A stretch of DNA of 64,000 nt from assembly GCA_958295755.1 (NCBI GenBank), contig OY282367.1, forward strand, positions 204,294 to 268,293, given 5' to 3'. The position numbers and the translations under genes were made by a program. The notes under the pieces are model-generated. The model saw only the letters and a list, made by a program, of their open reading frames with translations, did no database searches and had not been told where the DNA came from. Below, one piece after another: positions 1 to 14,000 of the stretch. Origin of the DNA: an uncultured Acidimicrobiales bacterium. GTDB lineage: Bacteria; Actinomycetota; Acidimicrobiia; Acidimicrobiales; Hopanoidiivorantaceae. The stretch's first letter is position 1. Every line of letters starts with the position of its first letter.

Positions 1-3000
1 ATCACGCTACTGAGGCGAATCCGTCTAGCTACGCGATTTCTTGTGGTGATGCTACTGGGGTGGATAGCACCAGACTAACTGGGGTTACTCATACGGGTTC
101 TAGTTGTACTTTCACGGTTGATCCGATTGATACTTTGGCTGTTGGTTTGCAGGGTGCTACTTCTTTCACTGTGCCGGTTAGCTCTCCTGGCGGCCATACC
201 CTAAATGCCGCCTTTACTGTCAATATTGGCCCGGATTCAAGCATTACGGTTAGTCCGCCTTCTGCTATTGCTGTGGCTGCTAGCCGTTCCCGCACGGTTG
301 ATTTCTCAAGCTATGCTACTGATGCTGGCGGCTACACGATTTCTTGTGCCACTCCCACAACTTCGTCGTCTTTGATTACTATTGGTGCTCCTAGTGGTTG
401 TAGTGTTGCGATTACTTCTGGTTCTAGCATGGGCACAGCTACTGTTTCTGTGGTGTTTACTTCTACTGGTGGTGCTACAGCTACGGGTTCGTTTAGCTTT
501 GATGTGGGTGCTGCTTCTAGTATTTCCTTCACTGCGCCTACTGGTCTGAAGGTTGCTACTAACCGCACGAGAGTTATCAATGTCTTAGATCATGCCACAG
601 ATGGCGGTTATACCGTTACTTGTAGTGATGCGACTGCTGTAGATACCACAGAGCTGCAGTCAGTTACGCGTATCACTTCTGGCGATGGCTGTTCATTTAC
701 TGTCACGCCGAAGGCTGTTCAAGGTGCTGCTAGCTTTACTGTGCCACTTACCTCAGATGGTGGCGATACTGAAAATGCTGTGTTTGATATTGAGGTTGGC
801 CCGGCTTCAACTCTCAACTATTCTCCGCCGTCTGGGTTGAGTGTCGCTCGTAATCGCACTCTAAGTATTGATGCTTTGGCTCAGATTACTGAAGATGCTG
901 CCTATACGGTTACTTGTAGTGATGCAACAGGAGTAGATACTTCTAAGTTCACAGCTGCCAGAACTACTACTGGTGATGGTTGTACTTTCACGGTGGATCC
1001 TGTAGATACTCTCACTCCAAGTAATCAGGGTAATGTGACTTTCACAGTTACCTTTACTTCTAGTGCGGGCAACGATACAGCTTCTAGCACTGTCGGTACC
1101 TTTACTGTAAATATCGGCCCTGATTCAACTATTACTTATACCCCATCTACGCTGAAGGTCGGGCGTAACCGCACTTTGGTGATTGATGCCATAGATCATG
1201 TAACTGAGAGCAGTGCCTATACGGTTTCGTGTGGTGATGCTACTGGAGTGGATAACACCAAGCTGACTGGTGTTACTCGTTCTAGTTGTACTTTCACAGT
1301 TGATCCGATTGATACTCTCGCGTCTGGCTCTCAGGGTGATACTACCTTTACTGTGCCGCTTACTTCTACTGGTGGTCACACCCTAAATGCCACCTTCACC
1401 GTAAACATCGGCCCTGATTCAACTATTAGCTATACCGCACCGACTGGGCTGTTAGTGGGCCGTAATCGTAATTTGGTGATTGATGCTTCTACCTATGTGT
1501 CTGAGACTGCTGGTAGCGGCTATGTGATCTCATGTTCAGATGCAGCGAGTTTGCATTCCAGGCTTACCACGGTTGCTAGAACTGCTAATAGCTGTACTTA
1601 TACCATCACGCCTTATGTTTTTGCTTCAGCAGGTGATGCTACCTTCGCTATTACTTTCACTTCCGATGGTGGCCATACCCGAAGTGAGACGATAACTGTT
1701 GGGATCGGCCCTGATTCAACTATTGGCTATAGCGCACCGTCTGGGCTGATGGTTGGGCGTAATCGCACTTTGGTGATTGATGTGCTGTCTTATGTAACTG
1801 AGAACAGTGTCTACACGGTGTCTTGTGGTGATGCTACTGGTGTGGATAACACCAAGTTGACTTCGGTTTCTCATAGTGGTTCTAGCTGTACTTTCACTGT
1901 GGATCCGATAGATGCTCTAGCTAGCGGCTCGCAGGGTGATACTAGCTTTATTGTGCCTCTTAGCTCTACTGGCGGTGATACAGCTAGTGCTGACTTTACT
2001 GTAAATGTCGGCCCGGATAGCACTATTTCATATACCGCACCGACTGGGCTAAAGGTCGGACGTAATCGCACTTTGGTAATTAATGTGCTAGATCACATAG
2101 CTGAAAATACTGCCTACACAATGTCTTGTGGTGATGCTACTGGTGTGGATAGCACTAGGTTGGTTTCGGTTTCTCATAGCGGTTCTAGCTGTACCTTCAC
2201 CGTAGACCCGATAAATACTCTGGCTAGTAGCTTGCAGGGTGATGCTGCTTTCACTGTGCCGGTTTCATCTACTGGTGGCCATAGCATAGATGCTGGTTTT
2301 ATGGTTGATGTTGGTGCGGATTCTGTGATTGTGGTTTCTGCTCCTTCAGCTATTGGTATTCCTGCTAGTAGTTCCCGCACGGTTGAGTTCTCAGATTATG
2401 TTTCTGATGGCAGCTACACGATTTCTTGTGGCACTCCCACAGCTTCTTCGTCTTTGGTTTCTGTTGGCACCCCAACTGGTTGTAGTGTTGAGATTACTTC
2501 TGGAACTAATATGGGCATAGTAGTTGTTTCAGTGCCCTTTACCTCAGATGGTGGTGCTAGCACTACGAGTTCATTTACCTTTGATATAGGTGCTGCTTCT
2601 AATATTGTCTTCACCGCGCCGTCTGGGTTGAAGGTTGGTACTAACCGCACGAGAGTTATCGATGTGTTAGATTACGCCTCTGATGGTAACTACACCATTA
2701 CTTGTTCAGATGCGACTGCTGTAGATACCACTGAGCTGCAGTCAGTTACGCGTGATAGCTCTGGTAATGGCTGTTCATTTACTATCACACCTAAAGCTGT
2801 TCAGGGTGATGCTAGCTTTACTGTGCCACTTACCTCAGATGGTGGCGATACCCTTGATGCGGTATTTTCTATAACTGTTGGTCCCGCTTCTACTATTTCA
2901 TACACCGCGCCCACCGGTTTGTTCACTGCTCGTAATCGCTTGTTGGTGATTGATGCTTCAAGCTATGTGTCAGAGACTGCTGGTAGTGGCTATGTGATTG

Positions 3001-4808
3001 CGTGTGCTGATGCTACCTCTGTTCATTCCAGGCTTACTTCAGTTACCCGTGATGGCTGTTCTTACACTGTTACCCCAAGTATCTCTGCCACAGCAGGCAA
3101 TGCCACATTCGGTGTTGTTTTCACTTCTGATGGTGGCCATTCCCGCAGCGAGACGATAACTGTTGAGATCGGCCCCAACTCAACTCTTAGCTACAACCCA
3201 CCAGTGGGGTTGAGAGTGGGCCGTAACTACACGCTAGTAATCGACGCACTTGACTATGTAACGGAGAACCCTGCTTACACAGTTACCTGTGGTGATGCTA
3301 CCGGTGTGGAAGCAGCCAAACTCACCGCAACACGCACCACATCAGGAAATGGTTGCTCATTTACCATAGACCCGGTAAATAATTTGGCTGTTGGTTTGCA
3401 GGGCAATACTTCTTTTGTTGTGCCTCTTAGCTCAACAGGCAACAACAACCTCTCTGCTACCTTCAACATATACATCGGCCCCGACAGCAATATTGTCTTC
3501 ACCGCACCGGACGCAATAACTGTCGGCCGTAACCGCACTATAGCCATCAACGCGCTAGAACACATAGCTGAAAATGCTGCCTTTGCGGTTACTTGTGGTG
3601 ATGCTACCGGTGTTGATAACACGAAGCTCACCTCTGTTACACGCACAGGCTGTGTGTTTATAGTAGATCCGATAAACACACTAACTAGTGCCGACCAGGG
3701 CGATACTACTTTCACTGTGGCTTTCACTTCCAACGGTGGAGACACAGCTACAGGCACATTTACTGTAAATGTTGGCCCGGATTCTAATATTGTCTTTACC
3801 CCACCACAGCCGAACTTCTCAATGCTAGCTAGAACCTCAGCTATCTTCGATCTCGGTGCTTTAGTAACAGACGGGGACTACAGCATTGCTTGCGGCCAGA
3901 TAGGTGCTATAGATACCGCGAGGCTGTTTTCTGTAACCCGCACCACAGGCTGTAGCTACCAGATAAGAGCCGCCTCAACTCAAGGGCTTGCTACTTTCAA
4001 TATCACCTACACCTCAACTGGCGGTCACAGCTACACATCCCAAATCGGTATAACCATCCAACCTAACTTCATAGCACCACCAACCAGACCATCCCCATCC
4101 CCAACCACCACCACAACAACGACTACTATTCCTGGGCAATCAACCACCACAACTGACCCCACCGCTACTACCACAACGCTAGAACCCGACACACCTGGCC
4201 CTAGATGGAACACACTAACTGTTGGTAGTGGCGGTATCACAGCTAGGGAAATCAGAAACACACTAGGTATTACTTCTAACTACGCCATCTATGCCTGGAA
4301 TGCCCGCACACAAACCTGGACAAGAGTTACCCTGTTCTCAGCAAGACTAACTGAGGGCACAATAGTCTCGTTCCGCACCGACACAGCCCCCAACCCAGAC
4401 CAACTAGACGACTTGAACCTAGGCAGCGGCTCTGACACCGCACGCCTAGACCGGGGCTGGAACCTCATCAACATACCCAGAGCAATCACCCGCGAAGAAT
4501 CTGACACATTCTTCTTCGGTGACACCCTCATAGACTGCGAAAACCTCCAAGGCATAACAGCTGTAGCCAACTACAACCCACGCAGCCGAAGATGGTCACT
4601 CTGGCTACCATGTCACCCACGAGCTCAAACCCGCCTCACCACAGGTGAAAACCCACCATACCAACCACTCACCCACATCATCCCAGGCGACACCACCTAC
4701 ATCTACACCATTACCAGACAACCCATAAACATCGAATGGAACCCCCGAACCCAAACCTACCAACCCGCCACCACAACCCTAAACCCACCCATAATAACCC
4801 TCAACTAA
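1..4808 (+). CDS. Giant repetitive surface protein, paralog 1 (5'-truncated by window edge): ~14 two-Cys beta-sandwich-like repeats, Pro/Thr linker, conserved C-terminal domain
   Basis: The frame is open from the window start (HATEANPSSYAISCGDATGVDS...), so the GTG at 60 is not the true start. Colinear and closely similar to 20802-25612 of the next gene. Stop TAA at 4806-4808. Confidence 0.9.
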   Translation, partial: HATEANPSSYAISCGDATGVDSTRLTGVTHTGSSCTFTVDPIDTLAVGLQGATSFTVPVSSPGGHTLNAAFTVNIGPDSSITVSPPSAIAVAASRSRTVDFSSYATDAGGYTISCATPTTSSSLITIGAPSGCSVAITSGSSMGTATVSVVFTSTGGATATGSFSFDVGAASSISFTAPTGLKVATNRTRVINVLDHATDGGYTVTCSDATAVDTTELQSVTRITSGDGCSFTVTPKAVQGAASFTVPLTSDGGDTENAVFDIEVGPASTLNYSPPSGLSVARNRTLSIDALAQITEDAAYTVTCSDATGVDTSKFTAARTTTGDGCTFTVDPVDTLTPSNQGNVTFTVTFTSSAGNDTASSTVGTFTVNIGPDSTITYTPSTLKVGRNRTLVIDAIDHVTESSAYTVSCGDATGVDNTKLTGVTRSSCTFTVDPIDTLASGSQGDTTFTVPLTSTGGHTLNATFTVNIGPDSTISYTAPTGLLVGRNRNLVIDASTYVSETAGSGYVISCSDAASLHSRLTTVARTANSCTYTITPYVFASAGDATFAITFTSDGGHTRSETITVGIGPDSTIGYSAPSGLMVGRNRTLVIDVLSYVTENSVYTVSCGDATGVDNTKLTSVSHSGSSCTFTVDPIDALASGSQGDTSFIVPLSSTGGDTASADFTVNVGPDSTISYTAPTGLKVGRNRTLVINVLDHIAENTAYTMSCGDATGVDSTRLVSVSHSGSSCTFTVDPINTLASSLQGDAAFTVPVSSTGGHSIDAGFMVDVGADSVIVVSAPSAIGIPASSSRTVEFSDYVSDGSYTISCGTPTASSSLVSVGTPTGCSVEITSGTNMGIVVVSVPFTSDGGASTTSSFTFDIGAASNIVFTAPSGLKVGTNRTRVIDVLDYASDGNYTITCSDATAVDTTELQSVTRDSSGNGCSFTITPKAVQGDASFTVPLTSDGGDTLDAVFSITVGPASTISYTAPTGLFTARNRLLVIDASSYVSETAGSGYVIACADATSVHSRLTSVTRDGCSYTVTPSISATAGNATFGVVFTSDGGHSRSETITVEIGPNSTLSYNPPVGLRVGRNYTLVIDALDYVTENPAYTVTCGDATGVEAAKLTATRTTSGNGCSFTIDPVNNLAVGLQGNTSFVVPLSSTGNNNLSATFNIYIGPDSNIVFTAPDAITVGRNRTIAINALEHIAENAAFAVTCGDATGVDNTKLTSVTRTGCVFIVDPINTLTSADQGDTTFTVAFTSNGGDTATGTFTVNVGPDSNIVFTPPQPNFSMLARTSAIFDLGALVTDGDYSIACGQIGAIDTARLFSVTRTTGCSYQIRAASTQGLATFNITYTSTGGHSYTSQIGITIQPNFIAPPTRPSPSPTTTTTTTTIPGQSTTTTDPTATTTTLEPDTPGPRWNTLTVGSGGITAREIRNTLGITSNYAIYAWNARTQTWTRVTLFSARLTEGTIVSFRTDTAPNPDQLDDLNLGSGSDTARLDRGWNLINIPRAITREESDTFFFGDTLIDCENLQGITAVANYNPRSRRWSLWLPCHPRAQTRLTTGENPPYQPLTHIIPGDTTYIYTITRQPINIEWNPRTQTYQPATTTLNPPIITLN

Positions 4809-4816
4809 AACCCCTG

Positions 4817-4868
4817 CGCCGCAATATTCCCCAGCGACATTCCGCCGCAATACTTCCCAGTAACATTC
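4817..4868. repeat. Imperfect 26-bp tandem duplication just after the paralog 1 stop
   Basis: cgccgcaatattccccagcgacattc / cgccgcaatacttcccagtaacattc. Confidence 0.75.
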
Positions 4869-4929
4869 TGCTATGATTTAATTGGATACACAATGAGACC
4901 ACGATACCTCTACCGATTTGTTGCGCCTA

Positions 4930-4976
4930 CTGATGCGACTTAAGACTTCCCCTACTATATGTTGCGGGGGGGGGGG
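4930..4976 (+). promoter_or_regulatory. Putative promoter of the 6865-aa gene, with a G11 tract at the predicted transcript start
   Basis: TACTAT (-10-like) at 4953-4958, CTGATG 17 bp upstream, G11 at 4966-4976. Confidence 0.45.
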
Positions 4977-5029
4977 CGGATGGTTTCTGACACTGAAAAT
5001 ACTGACCGCACCAAGTGAAGGGAGCTTGT

Positions 5030-8000
5030 ATGAATTCAAAGAGTTTACAGACGGGGGGGGGTTATCGAAAAATGGTTAGGGACGCAGAAGATGAGCGAGA
5101 TACAATCGCGCGGAATTCTAGAATACTGGGAATAGGACAGGGGCGGCAGAGCAGTAGTGTTCGCAGGTGGTTTATCGCTTTCATAGCTACTTCACTGTTT
5201 GCTACTGTGTTGTTTGCCGCTTCGGTATTTGCACATCCGGTTGCCGCGCAAAATGGTGGGGAGGATCAGGTGCAGGATGGACAGACTCAGGAGGGGGATA
5301 GTCAGAGTGGGGACGGTCAGGAGGGTGGTGAGTCTCCGGCGACTACGACTACCACGGTGGCACCAACTACTACCACTACTTCGACCACAGTGCCGGCGTC
5401 TACCACCACCACTTCGACTACGGTGGCACCGTCTACCACTACCACGGTGCCTGTTTTGGATCCCGAGGTTGTTGAGCCTGTTGAGCCTGAGGTTGAGCAG
5501 CAGCAAGCCCAGAACCGTGAGATTACTTTTAATGCTCCGTCTGGTTTGTCGGTAGGTGCTGGGGGGAGTTTAGTGATTGATGCTTCTAGTTATGCTAGCG
5601 ATCCGGGTTTTGTGATTTCTTGCGCTGATGCTACTGGTGTGGATGGTACTAAAGTCACCGTTTCTCGTGATGGTTGTTCTTTCACGGTTAGGTCGTCTGT
5701 GTCGGCTGTTGCGGGCGATACCACTTTTTCAACAGTGTTGAGTTCTTCTAGGACTGGCAGCACTCCCGTTACCGCGACTTTTACTGTTGCTATTACTGCT
5801 TTGTCAGTTGTTGCGGGGCGGAATTTGGTGTTCATGGCTGCGGGTTATCCTTCTGAGGGTACTCCCACAGCTTGCACTCAAGCTTCAGGTGTAGACACCT
5901 CTAAGATCAGTGTTAATCGCAATCCTTTTAATCATCCTCGAGGTGGTTGTACCTTTAGAGTTGCTGCGTATTCATCATCAATAGGGGCGACTACTTTTAC
6001 TTCGGTGCTGACTTTTTCTGGCGGTGGCAACCGCACTGTAACATTTCCTATCAACATTACCCCGACTTCAAGTATTACCTTTGTGGCACCTTTAGGCGGG
6101 TTGAGTGTTCCTGTGGGACAGTCCAAGAATTTCTCTGTTTCTAGCTATGCCAGAGACGGCACATACACAATTTCCTGTCGTTTTGCTGATTCCAGCCGCC
6201 ATGCTTTGATCGCCTCAGTTGCCAATACCGGCTGTGATTTCACTGTGCGAGCTGGCAATGTTGCTGGTTCGGCGACGCTGTCTGTTATCTATAACTCATC
6301 AGGCGGCCATGAGGTAACTGGTGTGATCCCAATAACGGTGGCATCTACTTCTAGTTTGACTTTCACCGCGCCTAGTGCTTTGAATGTGCGCATAGGTCAG
6401 ACAATAGGCATCAACGCCCGGCTATATGCTTCTGATGGTGCTAACGCGGTTGCTTGTGATGTAGCAACTGGGGTAGTCGGTGGGATTACTGTTGAGTCTC
6501 CGGTGGGTTGTTCTTATCGGGTAACAGCAGGCAACACTAGGGGGACAGCTTCCTTCGTTGTGCCTTACGCCTCAGCTAGCGGTAGCACACTTAATGGTCG
6601 CATTGACATAAACATTTTGGGTGCTCTTTCTGATATTGATTTCACCGCACCAATAGGTTTGACAGTAGCTTCAAGGGGTGTTATCACGATAGATGCCTCA
6701 GCTTATGCTTCTAGTGCGTACAGTGTTTCTTGTGGCACTATCACACAATCTCGTGGGCATTCTGTAGGCATTGTTCAAGATGGTTGTTCTTTTGAGGTAA
6801 CCGCTGGAACTCCAATGCCCCTTGGTAGTGAGGGGTTCGCTTTTATCACGGTGCCTTATACCAACTCTGAGGGCGGTTCTCAAAGCGGTGAAATCTCACT
6901 AGTAATAGGGGCAGTTCCCACACTGTCAGCTGCGGGTTGTACTGATGGTACTTTTGTAGATCTAACTGCTAACCCCAGAGTTACTGGTGCTAACAACGAT
7001 CTGGTTGAAGATTGCCAAGCATTGGTAGCAGCCCAGAATCTGTGGGCTGGGGTTGCTGCTAATGGTGATTTGCGTTCTCCCTATTTCATTAGAAGCTGGG
7101 GCACAGGCACACCCGAACAGCAAAAGATTGCTAGTTGGGAAGGCGTAACAGTCACATCCGGGCGTGTAACAGAGCTAGAAATAGATAACACGGGCGAAGA
7201 AGACGGCATCTCAGGCACCATCCCCACACAGATCGGCAACCTCTCCGCACTTACTATCCTTGATATCTCTTATAACCAGCTCTCAGGTGCTATCCCGACC
7301 CAGATCGGCACCCTAACAGCACTTACTTCTTTGGATCTTTCCGGCAATAGCCTCACGGGTGCTATCCCGACTCAAATCGGCTCCCTCACTGCGCTTACTT
7401 CTTTGGATCTTTCTGCTAATCAGCTCTCAGGTGCTATCCCGACCCAGATCGGTTCTCTCACTTCTCTAACACAGCTCTCATTGGGTAGTAACCAGCTCAC
7501 CGGGGCTATCCCCACCCAGATCGGTTCGCTTAGTTCTCTCGTTCAGCTTTATCTAGGCGGCAACATGCTTACTGGCTCTGTGCCCACCCAGATAGGTGCT
7601 ATAACTACTCTCACTACCCTTAGCATCTGCTTCAACCAGCTCACCGAAGCCCTCCCGGTAGCCCTGCGAACAGGCGTCACCCTACTTGGCTACCCCAGAG
7701 CTGACGGCTTTGACCCTATAGGCTGTCAGTCCAATATAGTTTTCACAGCCCCTACCAACCTCCGGGTTGCTCGCAACTCCACGCTAGAGATTAATGCTTT
7801 GAGTCACATTACTGCGAGCAGTATTTTCACCGTTTCTTGTGGCGATGCTACGGGGGTGGATGCTACCAAATTCACAGCTACCCGAACTACTACTGGTAAT
7901 GGTTGTACCTTCACTGTAGATCCAGTCGATACTCTCAGTAGTGGCGATCTGGGCGATGTGACTTTTACTGTGCCGTTTACTTCTACCGGTGGTACTACAG

Positions 8001-11000
8001 CTAGTGGCACATTCACTGTGAATATTGGCCCTGATTCTGATATCGTTTTTGCCGTTCCTGAAAGGGTGCTTGTGGAGTCTTGGGATCCGGCGAGGGTAGA
8101 TTTGTCGCGGTATGCTTCTGACGGCCCTCATGATATTTCTTGTTCTGGGATTACTAGGGGTCATCAGGTAAGTTCTGCTAGCGGGAGGTTTTCAGTTTCT
8201 GGTTGTGTAGTGTCTTTTTACCCCATTCCCGACCTCACCCACAACCACAACCGACGAACTAGTGTTTGGGTTACTTATACCTCATCTGGTGGTGATACAC
8301 ATAGAGCAGAAGTTAATTTCTATTCGAAGTCTTTACATCTTACTAGTATCATTTTCACTGCTCCCAGTCCTGCTCCGGCTGTTACTGCTGGCCAAAGTGT
8401 TGTTGTGGATGCCTCAGCTTGGGTAGAAGATTTTTTTGGTTACTCTGTGTTTTGTGAAAATGCTACCAATATAGACAGCAACAAGCTTACTTCTGTCACT
8501 CGCACACGAGATTGCCTCTATGAGATCACAGCCGATAGTCTTGCCTCGGGAACAGCTACTTTTACCGTGCCTTACTATTCTACTGGCCTACATAACAGGA
8601 ACACACCAGAGACTCGCAATGCGGTGATTTCTGTTACTGTCAATGCTGGTTCTAACTTTGTATATACCGCTCCTTCAGATTTGGTAGTACCAGTGAGCAC
8701 GAACACACAGAGCCAGAGCATCACAGTTGATGCTTCTGAGTGGGCACAAGATGGCAGTTACGACATAACCTGCGCGAACGCTAACACTATCTCATCTAAC
8801 CTAGCTTCAGTTGTTCGCAATGGTGATACTTGCTCATTTACCATCACTTCTGGGACCACAGAAGGTGCTGCGTCTTTTACTGTGCCATACAGCTCTAGCG
8901 GTAGCACTGGTAGCACTAACGGGGTTGTCTCACTCACCGTCGGCCCTGCTTCTGCTATTGTCTTCACAGCTCCTACTGGCCTTCAGGTTAACACAGGTGA
9001 TATCCGCTTCATTGATGTCTCTGTTTATGCCACCGACGGCCCTTACAAAATCACCTGCGCTGACCAATCCAGCTCCAGCTTTCAAAATATTTTATTGCGC
9101 CATAATAACTGTTCATTCGCAGTCCGACCTCCGGGAGCAGGTAACCACTGGTTTGAAGTGCCTTATACCTCTTCTGGCGGAGATACACACACGGGCCGAA
9201 TAACTTTCACAGCAGGGGGCGCAACCAGTGTTTCTGCTACCATCCCATCGGGTCTTACCGTCGCAAGAGGTAGTTCTGTAACCCTAGATGCTTCCAGTTT
9301 TTCTTCCAACGGCACCTGTGCAGGAGCTGCCTATATCTCCCCGCTACTTACTTCTGTTACCCGCCCAGACATAGCCAATAATCCTTGCACATACACAGTT
9401 ACAGCAGGCAACACACTAGGCACAGCCACCTTTAGCATCGTCTATAGATCAACCGGCCAAAGTCTTCATACATCCAGAGTCAGCTACTCCGTCACTACCC
9501 CCTCTACTATCGTCTACAACGCGCCTTCTGGTTTGTCGGTGGATGCTGGGGGCAGTTTGGTGGTTGATATGTCTGATTATGCTAGCGACGGGAGCAACAC
9601 GATTTCTTGCGCTGATGCTACTGGTGTGGATAATCAAAAGGTCACCGTTACTCGTGATGGGTGTGATTTCGCGGTTAGGGCGTCTGTTTCGGCTGCTACT
9701 GGTGTAACAACATTTTCTACTGTTTTGTCTTCTTCTGGTGGCGGTGCTGGGCTTCCTGTGACTGTTAGTGTTGCAATTACTGCTTTGTCGGTTGCTGCTG
9801 GGCGGAGTTTGGGGTTCGTGGCTGCGGGTTATCCTTCTGAGGGTGCGGCGACAGCTTGTGGGGCTGCTGCAGGTGTGGATGCCTCTAAGATCACAGTTGT
9901 ACAAAGTACTCCTGAGCACGAAACTAATCGTCCTGCTGCTACTACTGGCACGGATTGTTTCTTTACTGTTACTGCTCTTAGTTCAGCAGCTAGTGGGGTG
10001 ACTACTTTTACTTCGGAGTTGACTTTTTCTGGTGGTAGCCGAACTGTGACATTCAGTGTTGATATTGGCGCGGCTTCAAGTATTACATTTACGGCCCCTC
10101 CGGGCGGGTTGAGTATCCCTGCGGGTCAGTTAAGGAATTTCAGTGTTGCTAGTTACGCCACTGATGAGGATTACACAATTTCTTGTGGTTTTGCCGACTC
10201 TTCTCGCCATAGCTTGATTGCTTCGGTGGCTAATACTAGCTGTGATTTCACAGTGCGCGCGGGTAGTTCTGCTGGTGCGGCGACGCTGTCTGTTATTTAT
10301 TACTCTTCTGGTGGCGATGAGGTTACTGGTGTGATCCCTATCACGGTGACATCTACTTCTAGTTTGACTTTCACCGCACCTAGTGCTTTGAATGTGCGCA
10401 TAGGCCAGACAATAGGCATCAACGCTCGGCTATACGCCTCAGATGGTGCTAACGCGGTTGCTTGTGATGTAGCAACTGGGGTAACGGGTGGGATTACTGT
10501 TCAATCTCCGGTGGGTTGTTCATATCGGGTAACAGCAGGCAACACGGTTGGTACAGCTAGTTTTGTTGTGCCTTACACCTCAAGTAGTGGCCGCACACTT
10601 AATGGTCGCATTGATATCAATATTGTGGATACCAGCTCAAATATTGACTTCACCGCACCAACAGGTTTGACAGTTGCTGCTAGTGGTGTTATCAACATAG
10701 ATGCAGGTGAGTATGTGTCTGACGGGCCTTTTAGTATTTCTTGTGGCACTCCGTTGAGCGTGTCTGCGCTTATTTCTAGTATCAATGAAGATGGCGGCTG
10801 TTCTTATGAGGTAACCGTTGGAGCTACAGCAGGCACGGCTACCTTTACAGTGCCATATACCTCTTCGGGGGGCGATACCCACAATGGTGTGATCTCACTA
10901 GTCATTGGTGCTGTCCCAACATTGGCTGCTGCGGGTTGTACTGATGGTACTTTTGTGGATCTCACAGATAACCCCAGAGTTACTGGTGCTAACAACGATC

Positions 11001-14000
11001 TAGTAGAAGATTGCCAGGCATTGGTTGCAGCCCAGAATCTGTGGGCTGGGGTTGCTGCTAATGGTGATTTGCGTTCTCCGTATTTCATTCGTAGCTGGGG
11101 CACAGGCACACCCGAACAGCAAAAAGTTGCCAACTGGGAAGGCGTAACAGTCACCTCCGGGCGTGTAACAGAGCTAGCAATAGACAATATCGGTGAAGAA
11201 GACGGCATCTCAGGTGCTATCCCCACCGAGATCGGCAACCTTACCGCTCTTACTAGCCTTGATATCTCTTATAACCAGCTAAGCGGTTCTATCCCGACCC
11301 AGATCGGTTCTCTAACAGCGCTTACTTCTTTGGATCTTTCCGGCAATAGCCTCACCGGTGCTATCCCGACTCAGATCGGTTCCCTTACGGCTCTTACTTC
11401 TCTAGATCTTTCTGGTAACCAACTCTCAGGTGCTATCCCGACTCAGATCGGTTCGCTTACTTCTCTAACCCAGCTCTCCTTAGGCAGCAACCAGCTCACC
11501 GGGGCTATCCCGACACAGCTAGGTTCGCTTAGTTCTCTCGTTCAGCTTTATCTAGGCGGTAACCGCCTCACTGGTTCTGTGCCCAACCAGATAGGTGCTA
11601 TAACTACTCTCACTACCCTCAGCATCTGCCTCAACCAGCTCACCGGGGATCTTCCTTCAGCTTTGCGAACAGGTGTTACTTTGCTCGGCTATCCAACTGC
11701 TGATGGTTATACCCCTGTTGCTTGTCAGACTGCGGTCTCCAACATCCTCTATACCGCACCTACTGGTCTGAAGGTCGCCACTAACCGCACGATAGTTATC
11801 AATGCCCTAGATCATGCCACAGACGGCAGTTATACCGTTACTTGCGCGGACGCGACCAACATAGACACCACAGAGCTGCAGTCAGTTACGCGTGATAGTT
11901 CTGGCGATGGCTGCTCGTTTACTATCACACCCAAAGCCGTTCAGGGTACTGCTACCTTTACTGTGCCACTTACCTCCTCTGGTGGCGATACCGAAAATGC
12001 GGTGTTTACTATAGAAGTTGGCCCGGCTTCTACTGTTACCTATAGTGCGCCGTCTGGGTTGTTCGTGGCCCGTAATCGCACCTTAGACATTGATGCTTCT
12101 GGTTATGCGTCTGATTCTGGTAGCGGCTATGTGGTCTCTTGTTCAGATGCTACGAGTTTGCATTCCAGGCTTACCTCGGTTACCCGTGCTGCTAATAGCT
12201 GTTCTTATACTGTCACACCTTCAGCTACTGCCACTTCGGGTAATGCTACATTTACGGTTACTTTCACCTCAGATGGCGGCCATTCTGTAGATGGGGTGAT
12301 AACTGTTGAGATCGGCACAGATTCAACTATTACCTATAACGCACCAGATGACCTCTCGGTTGCTGCTGGTAGGAGTTTGGTGTTTGATGCTTCGGGCTAT
12401 GTTTCTGACGGAAGCCATACCATCACTTGTGCTGACGCTACCGGGACGCTACCCTCTGGTGTTTCTGTAGCTCGCAATGGTTGTACCTTTACTGTTACAG
12501 CAACTAGCTCAGCTGCTACAGGTCCGGCTGCTTTTGTTGTGCCGTTTTCATCTACAGGCGGCCATAGCTTAGATGCGACTTTCAGTGTTGATGTTGGAGC
12601 GGTTTCAGATATTACCTTTACGGCCCCTGTAGGTGGGGTGAGTATTCCTGTGGGGAATTTCAGGAATTTCAGTGTTGCTAGCTACGCCACTGACGGCGAT
12701 TACACAATTTCTTGTCGCTTCGCTGACGCTTCTCGCCATGCTTTGATTGCCTCAGTTGCCAATACTGGCTGTGATTTCACTGTGCGAGCTGGCAATGTCG
12801 CTGGCGCGGCGACGCTGTCTGTTATCTATAACTCATCAGGCGGCACTGAAGTAACTGGTGTAATCCCTATCACGGTGGCGTCTACTTCTAGTTTGACTTT
12901 CACCGCACCCAGTGCTTTGAATGTGCGCATAGGCCAGACGATAGGCATCAACGCTCGGCTTTATGCTTCAGATGGTGCTAACGCGGTTGCTTGTGATGTA
13001 GCTACTGGGGTGACTGGTGGGATTACTGTTGAGTCTCCGGTGGGTTGTTCTTATCGGGTAACAGCAGGCAACACGGTTGGTGCGGCTAGCTTTGTTGTGC
13101 CATATACCTCTGCTAGTGGCAGAACGCTAAGTGGCCGTATTGATATAAACATTTTGGGTGCTCTTTCTGATATTGACTTCACCGCACCAATAGGACTAAA
13201 TGTAGCCCCAAGGGGTGTTATCACGATAGATGCCTCAGCTTATGCTTCTAGTGCATATAGTGTTTCTTGTGGCACTCCGTTGAGCGTGGATGAGCGTCTT
13301 ATTTCTAGCATCAGTGAAGATGGCGATTGTTCTTATGAGGTAACCGTAGGCAATGTTGAGCAAAGGGCTAGCTTCACAGTGCCTTATACCAACTCTGAGG
13401 GCGGCTCTCAAAGCGGTGTGATCACAATAGCTATTGGTGTGGTCACACTAGGTGGTGCTTCTATCCCAGCCCTGCCAGCTACAGGATGTACCGATGGCAC
13501 TTTTGTAGATCTAACTGCTAACCCCAGAGTTACTGGTGCTAACAACGATCTAGTTGAAGATTGCCAAGCATTGGTAGCAGCCCAGAATCTGTGGGCTGGG
13601 GTTGCTGCTAATGGTGATTTGCGTTCTACGTATTTCATTAGAAGCTGGGGCACAGGCACCCCCGATCAGCGAAAGATTGATAACTGGGAAGGTGTAACAG
13701 TTACCTCCGGGCGTGTAACAGAGCTAGAAATAGACAACACGGGCGAAGAAGACGGCATCTCAGGTTCTATCCCCACACAGATCGGCAACCTCACCGCTCT
13801 CACCATCCTTGATATCTCCTACAACCAGCTCTCAGGTGCTATCCCCACACAAATCGGCACCCTAACAGCACTCACAGATCTGGATCTTTCCGGCAATAGC
13901 CTCACGGGTGCTATCCCGACTCAGATTGGCTCTCTCACCGCGCTCACCACCCTAGACCTTTCTGGTAACCAGCTCTCAGGTGCTATCCCCACCCAGATCG